Of a stretch of DNA of 12,764 nucleotides, positions 7,008 through 12,764 are shown one piece after another. The stretch's first letter is position 1; each line of letters begins with the position of its first letter. This stretch comes from Myxococcota bacterium (lineage in GTDB: Bacteria > Myxococcota > XYA12-FULL-58-9 > JALHOP01): contig JBGGMJ010000061.1 of the NCBI GenBank assembly GCA_041288095.1, forward strand, positions 1-12,764. The letters are read 5' to 3'. The notes below the pieces were generated by a model. It ran no database searches and was not told the DNA's origin. It saw nothing but the letters and a program-made list of their open reading frames with translations. The translations under genes and the position numbers were made by a program.

Positions 7008-8216
7008 ATGGCTGACCAGCTCAGTAACGACCTCAGCTCCCTTCGGATCGACCGCTCGGGATTCGACGACGCCCCGAAGCCCGGCCGTCGGTGGGTCGTC
7101 GTTGCCATAGTCGCCGCCATCACGGTCGCCGCCGGCGCGGTGGGCTACGGCAAGCTGCAAAGCGTCATCTTCAAGACCGAGGTCACCCTCACCGAGGTTG
7201 CCCTGGTGTCCCCGATGAGCGCCGCGACGCTGGTCACCGCGACGGGCTACGTGCAAGCGCTCAAGCGCACCGAGATCGGCGTCAAGCTCGTTGGCGTCGT
7301 CGCCAAGCTCAACGTTTCCGAAGGCAGCGAGGTCAAGGCCGGCGACGTATTGATGGAGCTCGAGTCCGCCGACAAGCGCCGCGAGCTCGCCGCCGACAAG
7401 GCACGCGTCGCCATGGCGGTGGCCAGGCTCGAGGCCGCTAAAGCGAACGCCTTCGATCTCGAAACCCAGCTCAAGCGCAATCGCACCCTCGTCGAGACCG
7501 GCGCGGTGAACCAATCGCTGGTCGATGAGACCGAGCAGAAGGCCCTCTCGGCCCGACAGCTGGCACACGCCGCCGCCGCCGAGCTCGAAGCGGCCAAGGC
7601 GACCGCGGAGGCCACCGCGGTGAGCGTGAGCTATCTCACCATCACCGCCCCCATCTCCGGCCGCGTGATCACCCGTCCGGTGCAGGTGGGCGAGCGCGTC
7701 ATCGAGCAGTCTCTGCTCGAGCTCGCCGACATGAATTCCTTGGTCATCGAGGTCGACGTGCCCGAAGCGCGGCTCGGCCAGGTGAAGGTGGGCGCGCCCG
7801 CCGAGATCGTGCTCGATGCGTATGCCGGCCAGCGCCGTCGCGGCGAAGTCGTCGAGCTCGGCTCCAAGGTGAACCGCGCCAAGGCCACGGTCATGGTGCG
7901 CGTGAAGTTCATCGACGACACCACGGGCGTGCTCCCCGAGATGGCGGGCCGCGTCTCCTTCCTCTCGGAGATGCCCGATCCCGAGAGCATGAAGCAGCTG
8001 GCGAAGCTCGTCGTTCCCAAGGCCGCGGTCGCGAAGCGCGATGGCGCCGACGTGGTGTTCACCGTCACCGACCAGGTCGTGCGCATGCAAACGGTCAGTC
8101 TCGGGGCGCCGTTCGGCGACGGCTACGAGATCGCCGGGGGTCTCGCGGCGGGCACCAAGCTCGTGCGCAACCCATCGTCCGACTTAGCGGACGGACAAAA
8201 AATCAAAACGAAATAG
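7008..8216 (+). CDS. Periplasmic adaptor / membrane fusion protein (MacA/YknX-like), 402 aa
   Basis: N-terminal TM ([19 protein letters not shown]). Lipoyl half-motifs [22 protein letters not shown] and [20 protein letters not shown] flank a coiled coil. Also [15 protein letters not shown] and VVPKAAV. Strong SD. Confidence 0.95.
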   Translation: MADQLSNDLSSLRIDRSGFDDAPKPGRRWVVVAIVAAITVAAGAVGYGKLQSVIFKTEVTLTEVALVSPMSAATLVTATGYVQALKRTEIGVKLVGVVAKLNVSEGSEVKAGDVLMELESADKRRELAADKARVAMAVARLEAAKANAFDLETQLKRNRTLVETGAVNQSLVDETEQKALSARQLAHAAAAELEAAKATAEATAVSVSYLTITAPISGRVITRPVQVGERVIEQSLLELADMNSLVIEVDVPEARLGQVKVGAPAEIVLDAYAGQRRRGEVVELGSKVNRAKATVMVRVKFIDDTTGVLPEMAGRVSFLSEMPDPESMKQLAKLVVPKAAVAKRDGADVVFTVTDQVVRMQTVSLGAPFGDGYEIAGGLAAGTKLVRNPSSDLADGQKIKTK

Positions 8217-8242
8217 TCCGCAACCCCAGAAAGAGGGACAAC

Positions 8243-8937
<695 letters not shown>

Positions 8938-8941
<4 letters not shown>

Positions 8942-10104
8942 ACATTCCGCTGCTCGCGGCGCGTAACGTTACGCGCAACAAGTTGCGTACGGTGCTGACG
9001 ACGCTCGGCGTCGCGGTTACCGTGCTCACGTTCTTGCTCATCCGCACCGTCGTCGCGGCTTGGTACGTCGGCGTCGAAGCGGCGTCGAAAGACCGCATCG
9101 CCACCCGGCACAAGGTCTCCTTCATCATGCAACTGCCGAAGCACTACGCCGACACGGTTCGGCAGGTGCCGGGGGTGCAGGCGGCGACGTGGGCGCAATG
9201 GTTCGGCGGCAAGGAGCCCAATCACGAGGGCGAATTCTTCGCGACGCTCGCGGTCGAGGCCAAGACGACGCTCGACGTCTACGACGAGCTCGTGGTGCCC
9301 GAGGATCAGAAGCGGGCGTGGCTCGAGGATCGCCAGGGCATCTTGGCGGGCGACGTCATCGCCAAGAAGTTCGGCTGGAAGGTCGGCGACCGCGTCAACC
9401 TGAGCGGCACCATCTATCCCGGCGATTGGCAGTTCACGGTGGACGCCATCTACACCGCGGCGCGCAAATCCATCGACCGCTCGACGGTGTTCTTCCATTG
9501 GGACTACTTGAACGAGTCACTCCCCGAGGCGCGTCGCGACCGCGTCGGCTGGATCGTCAGCCGCATCGACGACCCCGCCAAGAGCGCCGCGATTCAGTCC
9601 GCTATCGACGCCACCTTCGACTCACGCGACATCCAGACGCTGAGCCAATCGGAGCGTGACCTGAACAACTCGTTCCTCGGCATGATGTCGGCGGTGCTCG
9701 GCGCGCTCGACATCGTCTCGGTCGTCATCTTGGTGATCATGGGCCTCATCCTGGGCAACACGATCGCCATGGGAGTGCGCGAGCGAACCACCGAATACGG
9801 CGTCATGCGGGCGCTCGGCTTCACCCCGCGGCACATCGCGACGTTCGTCTTGAGCGAGGCGTTCACCCTCGGCATCGCGGGCGGCGCGCTCGGGCTCGCC
9901 ATCGCCTACCCCTTCGTCAACCAAGGCGTGGGAGCGGCCATCGAAGAGAACATGGGTGCCTTCTTCCCCTACTTCCGCATTCTCCCGGACACCGCGATCA
10001 CCGCGATGATCCTGGCGGTGGTACTGGCATTGGTCGGTTCCATCATCCCCGCGTGGCAGGCGAGCCGCCTGCGCACCATCGATGCTCTACGGCAGGTGGG
10101 CTAA
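8938..10104 (+). CDS. ABC transporter permease, MacB/FtsX family, 388 aa
   Basis: GTGA overlap with the ATPase stop. [20 protein letters not shown], one TM, a large periplasmic domain, then [22 protein letters not shown] and three further TMs, ending [14 protein letters not shown]. Confidence 0.95.
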
Positions 10105-10105
10105 G

Positions 10106-11278
10106 ATGATTCCTCTCCGCTATAACGCACGCAGCTTGGTTCGTCGCCGCGCCACGACGATCGCGGCGGCCCTCGGCATGGCCCTGGTGGTCTTCGTGTT
10201 GGCCGCGTCGCTGATGCTCTCCTCGGGCATCAAGAAGACGATGACCCAATCTGGGCGGTCGAACGTCGCCATCGTCTTGCGCAAGGGCAGTGACGCCGAG
10301 CTCGCGAGCGGCGTCGAGAAGGCGCACGTCTCCCTCATCTCGGCGCGCGAGGAAGTGGCGCGCGACCCCGCGGGAGCGCCCATGACCGTCGGCGAAGTCG
10401 TCGTCGTCATCACCCAGGAGAAGCTCGGCGGCCAAGGCGCCATCTCCAACGTCATGATTCGCGGCGTACCCGAAAACGTCTACACGTTCCGCCCGAGCGT
10501 ACACGTGGTCGAAGGCCGGCCGGCGCGGCCGGGCACCGACGAAGTCGTCGTGGGCGCGCGTGTGCGCGGGCGCTTCAAGGGCGTCGACCTCAACCAGTCG
10601 TTCGAGCTCAAGAAGAACCTGCCGGTCCAGGTCGTCGGCATCTTCGAGGACGACGGCTCCTCCTACGAGTCCGAAGTGTGGGGCGACCTCGAAACCGTGC
10701 GCCGCGGCTTCGGCCGTGAAGACGGCGTCTCGTCGGTACGGGTGCAGCTCGCAAGCGCCGACAAGATGGACGCCTTCAAGACCGCGGTGGAGAGCGACAA
10801 GCAGCTGCAGCTCGAGGTGTTCCCCGAGCAGACCTACTTCGAGAAGTCGTCCGAGGGCACGTCCGCTTTCGTGAACGGCCTCGGCATCACCATCGCCGTG
10901 TTCTTCTCGATCGGCGCGATGATCGGCGCGCTGATCACCATGTACGCGTCGGTGGCGCAGCGCCGGAAAGAAATTGGCACCCTACGGGCGCTCGGCTTCT
11001 CCAAGGTCGCGATTCTGACGTCGTTCTTGATGGAGTCGGCCATGCTGGCGGCCGCTGGCGGCGTCCTCGGCGTCCTCTCGGCGCTGGCCCTCGGCTTCGT
11101 GAAGTTCTCGATGATGAACTTCGCGAGCTGGTCAGAGGTCACCTTCTCGTTCAACCCAACGCCGGAAATCCTCGTCTTTGCGGTCATCTTCGGCGGTGTA
11201 ATGGGCGTCATCGGCGGCTTCTTCCCGGCCGTGCGCGCGGCCCGCGTACCGCCGATCGCCGCCATGCGCGGAGCATGA
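10106..11278 (+). CDS. Second ABC transporter permease, MacB/FtsX family, 390 aa
   Basis: The likely start is ATG 10106, 1 nt after the upstream TAA (MIPLRYNARSLVRRRATT). Motifs VEGR....GTDEVVVG, TMYASVAQRRKEIGTLRALGF and GGFFPAVRAAR. Confidence 0.95.
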   Translation: MIPLRYNARSLVRRRATTIAAALGMALVVFVLAASLMLSSGIKKTMTQSGRSNVAIVLRKGSDAELASGVEKAHVSLISAREEVARDPAGAPMTVGEVVVVITQEKLGGQGAISNVMIRGVPENVYTFRPSVHVVEGRPARPGTDEVVVGARVRGRFKGVDLNQSFELKKNLPVQVVGIFEDDGSSYESEVWGDLETVRRGFGREDGVSSVRVQLASADKMDAFKTAVESDKQLQLEVFPEQTYFEKSSEGTSAFVNGLGITIAVFFSIGAMIGALITMYASVAQRRKEIGTLRALGFSKVAILTSFLMESAMLAAAGGVLGVLSALALGFVKFSMMNFASWSEVTFSFNPTPEILVFAVIFGGVMGVIGGFFPAVRAARVPPIAAMRGA

Positions 11279-11296
11279 GAAACTTGCCACAGTAGC

Positions 11297-11348
11297 CGGT
11301 GCCATCGGGCCACGGCGCCTCTGGGCAACACCAACGCCCATGGCGCCG
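11297..11348 (+). other. Intergenic stem-loop (13-bp stem with one bulge, 25-nt loop)
   Basis: CGGTGCCAT-C-GGGC (11297-11310) pairs with GCCC-ATGGCGCCG (11336-11348), with one G-U pair and one bulged C. No U-tract. Function unknown. Confidence 0.5.
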
Positions 11349-11358
11349 ATCCGAAGGC

Positions 11359-12764
11359 ATGCTTCCAATCTCTGCCTTCCCCGCAGTCGCCGTCCACCAA
11401 GCTCCCGCGGCTCCCGCCCTCAACGTCGGCGCCGCCGCGGAGCACCTCGGCGGCATGCTCCGCTTCAAGACGGTGTGGTTCGACCATAAGGGTCCAGCCC
11501 CCTCGGCCGAGCTGAAAGGCCTGCGCGAGTACCTCGCCGCGACCTATCCGCTGGTGCACCAGCATCTGAAGGTCGAGCAGATAGGCGAGAGCTTGCTCTA
11601 CACCTGGGAGCCGAAGACGCCGCCGAAGAAGGAACCGATTCTGCTCATGTCACACATGGACGTCGTGCCGGTGGAGCCAGGCACGGAGGGCAAGTGGACC
11701 CATCCGCCGTTCGCCGGTGTCGTCGCCGACGGCAAGATCTGGGGACGCGGCGCCATCGATACCAAGGGCACCCTCTGCGCCGTGCTCGAAGCGCTCGAGA
11801 GCTTGCTCGCGGCGGGCGGCGAGCCGAATCGCGTCGTGCACGTGGCTTTCGGCGCCGACGAGGAAGTGCTCGGGCTCACCGGGGCGGCGCGCATCGCCAA
11901 GACCCTCAAAGAGCGCGGCGTCAAAGTCGAGTTCGCGATCGACGAAGGCACGCCGATCGTCGACGGCGCCAATATCGGCATTCCCAAGCCCGCGGCGGTC
12001 ATCAGCCTCTCCGAGAAGGGCTTCGTCTCGGTCGAGCTCACCGCCACGGGTCCGGCGGGCCACTCGTCGATCCCGGTACCGAACACCGCTATCGAGGTCT
12101 TGGCGCGCGTCATCGGTCGCCTGCAAGAGAATCAGCCGGCGCCGCGCATGACCGATCCGGTCCGTCACATGCTGCAAGCGATCGCCAAGGAGCTGCCGCT
12201 CGCCAAGCGCTTGGCGCTCCAGGCCGGCGCCGTCGGCGAGTGGCTCTTCATGCGCCAATTGCTCGCGAGCCCGACCACGGCCGCGATGGTGCGCACCATC
12301 AGCACCCCGACCATCATCAACGGCGGCATGAAGGACAACGTCATTCCCGAGAGCGCCAGGGCAACCGTGAACTTCCGGACCCTGCCTGGCGAGTCCGTCG
12401 AGGACGTGGTGGCGCGCGTGAAAGAGGCCATCGGCGACGACAAGGTGACCCTCGAGCTCATCGAGAACGCCCATGCCGCCTCGCCGGTCTCGTCACCGAC
12501 CAGCGCCGGCTTCATGGCGATGGGGGCGGCCATCCGCGCCGCCTTTGGCGACGACGTGGTCATGGTGCCGACCCTGGCGATCGGGGCAACCGACGCACGC
12601 TACTTCGATGAGGTGGCCAAGGACGCCTACCGTTTCTCGCCCTACAAGCTGAGCCGGGAGGACATCGGGAGCATCCACGCGACCAACGAGAAGCTGAGCA
12701 TCGAGAACCTGGAGGGGGCGATTCGCTTCTACCAGAAGGTGCTCACGGAGACCGCGGTCGACCT
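11359..12764 (+). CDS. M20 family metallopeptidase, carboxypeptidase S (CPS1)/PM20D1-like; stop codon lies beyond the window
   Basis: Hand translation is open from ATG 11359 to the edge (468 codons), so it is absent from the ORF track. Motifs: SLLYTW, PILLMSHMDVVP, WTHPPFAG...IWGRGAIDTKG, FGADEE, IDEG, SEKG, GHSSIP, GGMKDNVIP, VNFR.LPG, GATDARYF, YRFSP, IHATNEKLS. All expected metal ligands are present. Confidence 0.95.
   Translation, partial: MLPISAFPAVAVHQAPAAPALNVGAAAEHLGGMLRFKTVWFDHKGPAPSAELKGLREYLAATYPLVHQHLKVEQIGESLLYTWEPKTPPKKEPILLMSHMDVVPVEPGTEGKWTHPPFAGVVADGKIWGRGAIDTKGTLCAVLEALESLLAAGGEPNRVVHVAFGADEEVLGLTGAARIAKTLKERGVKVEFAIDEGTPIVDGANIGIPKPAAVISLSEKGFVSVELTATGPAGHSSIPVPNTAIEVLARVIGRLQENQPAPRMTDPVRHMLQAIAKELPLAKRLALQAGAVGEWLFMRQLLASPTTAAMVRTISTPTIINGGMKDNVIPESARATVNFRTLPGESVEDVVARVKEAIGDDKVTLELIENAHAASPVSSPTSAGFMAMGAAIRAAFGDDVVMVPTLAIGATDARYFDEVAKDAYRFSPYKLSREDIGSIHATNEKLSIENLEGAIRFYQKVLTETAVD

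Noticed and set aside
10082..10105. ORF-track start of the second permease at 10082
   Set aside because: ATG 10106 directly follows the upstream stop and matches the family's usual N-terminus (MIPLRYNARSL).
11650..12611. ORFs 11694..12611 (+) and 11650..12474 (-)
   Set aside because: They are off-frame and antisense shadows. The real gene is the M20 peptidase in the frame starting at 11359.

Overview
GC-rich bacterial chromosomal window. The gene content (orphan sigma54 activator, Cys-containing beta-rich lipoprotein, tandem FKBP lipoprotein) suggests Myxococcota/deltaproteobacteria, which is an inference. Ten CDSs are supported. Two of them run off the window edges and are missing from the ORF track: a beta-strand-rich lipoprotein (<1..1748, minus) and an M20 peptidase (11359..>12764). 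Gene order: lipoprotein (-), TPR protein (+), double-domain FKBP PPIase lipoprotein (+), NtrC-family response regulator (-), family A DNA polymerase (+), a four-gene MacAB-like exporter (membrane fusion protein, ATPase, two permeases), and a carboxypeptidase-S/PM20D1-like M20 peptidase. The most unusual element is the compact 549-aa family A polymerase. It has no 5'-3' nuclease domain, an apparently inactivated 3'-5' exonuclease, a variant motif A (DYGACELR) and a possible degenerate clamp-binding motif in the thumb. The second most unusual is the 5' region of the peptidase, which has no signal anchor, a GCCGAT box, and an in-frame uORF ending in UAG just before a 13-bp stem. I saw no CRISPR array, RNA gene or mobile element, and no clearly demonstrable novel multi-gene system.
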